Source of the DNA: the human T2T-CHM13v2.0 reference genome, Homo sapiens
DNA length: 64,000 bases
Strand: one strand, 5' to 3'
NCBI RefSeq assembly: GCF_009914755.1
Contig: NC_060941.1
Below the pieces are notes generated by a model. That model ran no database searches. It worked only from the letters and a program-made list of their open reading frames with translations, and was not told where the DNA came from. Position 1 is the first letter of the stretch, and every line of letters starts with the position of its first letter. A program made the translations under genes and the position numbers. Shown one piece after another: positions 62,545 to 64,000 of the stretch.

Positions 62545-62750
62545 CATATCATGTAGAGGAAAGGGCATGGTTTTCAGAGTCAAGCAGAGTTGGAAGCAAA
62601 TCCAAGTTCAAACACATACACTTTGTGTAATTTCATAAAGATTTCTTGTTTTTATTTTGAGCCTTGTTTTCATTATCTATAAAAGAGAAACATAACATGG
62701 TTGTTGCTAGGCTGAAACAAAATAATATTTGTACAGTGTTTAGCATATAC
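62545..62750 (+). mobile_element. MIR
   Basis: GCATGGTTTTCAGAGTCAAGCAGA...TGAGCCTTGTTTTCATTATCTATAAAA. Confidence 0.65.
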
Positions 62751-62753
62751 TGT

Positions 62754-62994
62754 AACCAAAATACCTAAGTCCCCTCTCACTACTATAATTGCATAGCAAC
62801 TTCTTCATTTCCCCTTTACCAATATCTGAACTCTCTTACTTTGGATAACTGTTATTAGATAACAATGAAACAATTTTTGTGTTCAAAAGTGTATTTTATT
62901 TAAGTATGTATTTTGGTTATCAAAAATGTTGGGCTATTTTGTAAGTTTGTGGAATGATATTGACATTAATTATTAGGCCAATTGGTTATAGTAA
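62754..62994 (+). repeat. Dispersed direct repeat, copy 1
   Basis: Aligns by eye to 63576-63830 at roughly 85% identity. Confidence 0.93.
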
Positions 62995-63575
62995 GAGTAA
63001 AGAAAGTTTACTCTTTCTCTTCATTTTCATCCATCATCCCCTGTAAGAAATATTAATCAATAAAATACAGAATGGTATCTACCAAGCAGTTTATAGCATA
63101 GTTTGGGCCTAAGCTTAAATTTAAGGCAATTCAGTGGGACCATTTACAATGTCTTAGAAAACTGGCTGACACGTCCTATTTGCAGAGAAGACTGAAGAAG
63201 TACCCTGTTTGTTTAAAATTAACATAAAATATTATTCTGCCTATCTACCTTTGCATGTACCTTGTAGATCACCTTCTTTGAGCTTTAGTAAGATGAGTAG
63301 AAAGATGCTATATTTTGGAGTTACTCTCCACCACTGGTTGTATAATCCACCATGATGGGGAAGCTCTTTTCCAGTTCCCAGCCTGTAAGACTTGCTGTAA
63401 TTTCACACTTGGTAATATGAGCTTGTTTTCTGGATCATCAGTGTTGGGGAAAAAAAAAAAAACAACTTCCGTTAATGGATGGCAGTCTCTAGAATTTTCC
63501 ATTGAGATTGAGTAATACAATTCATTATCCTAGTTATACATCTTAGGTCTCTACTTGGAATCATGAAGTTCTTTA

Positions 63576-63830
63576 AACCAAAATACCTAAGTCCCCATTT
63601 ACTGCAATAATTACATAGCAACTTCTTCATTTCCCCTTTACCAATATCCACTGAACTCTCTTACTTTTGGTAATTGTTATTAGATAGCAATGAAACAATT
63701 TTTTGTGTTCAAAAGTGTATTTTATTTAAATATTCATTTTGACTATCAAACATACCAAAAATGTTAGGCTATTTTTGTAAGTTCATGCACTGATGTTGAC
63801 ATTAATCATTAGGTTAATTGGTTGTAGTAA
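63576..63830 (+). repeat. Dispersed direct repeat, copy 2
   Basis: Shared blocks AACCAAAATACCTAAGTCCCC, CATAGCAACTTCTTCATTTCCCCTTTACCAATATC, TTTTTGTGTTCAAAAGTGTATTTTATTTAA. Confidence 0.93.
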
Positions 63831-64000
63831 CCAGTTTATTCCAATACCGAGTCCTGCCCTCGACCAAATTAGTAATATAATGTGTTATCCTTTAATAAGA
63901 TGGGCAGATGGAAGGCGCAAGGGCAGGGTCAAGATATATGATAAACTTAAGCTCAACCAGTTAGAACCCAGGGCCAGGGTCTAGTTCTAGCAGGGGAAAA

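Noticed and set aside
63255-63385. Possible minus-strand exon between the two direct repeats
   Set aside because: Weak polypyrimidine tract and no recognisable product; cannot be supported without transcript data.
62754-63830. Direct repeats read as the LTR pair of a retroelement, or as tandem snoRNAs
   Set aside because: No shared TG...CA termini, TSD, primer-binding site or clear polypurine tract; no well-formed C/D or H/ACA architecture.

Overview
Primate genomic DNA, hominoid and most likely human (AluY and AluYe5-type elements are present). It is AT-rich and CpG-depleted, with no CpG island. I can support no protein-coding gene, RNA gene or processed pseudogene. The ORF track is explained by Alu, L1, simple-repeat and chance frames; the only recognisable protein remnant is a decayed L1 ORF2 endonuclease. 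The window is a repeat-dense intergenic or deep-intronic region: about 27 Alus, a ~4.9 kb old L1, many L1M/L2/L3/MIR fragments, about 13 MaLR/ERV1/ERVL LTRs, hAT DNA transposons and several long polypurine tracts. I found no new biological system. The most interesting structure is mutational history: a probable ancient L1 3' transduction, two dispersed local duplications (132 bp inside an L1; ~250 bp of apparently unique DNA), a duplicated Alu end inside a GAA/GAG tract, multi-level nested insertions with intact target-site duplications (TSDs), and a few candidate regulatory segments. Repeat subfamily names come from remembered consensus sequences and need RepeatMasker/Dfam confirmation. Boundaries of old elements are approximate.
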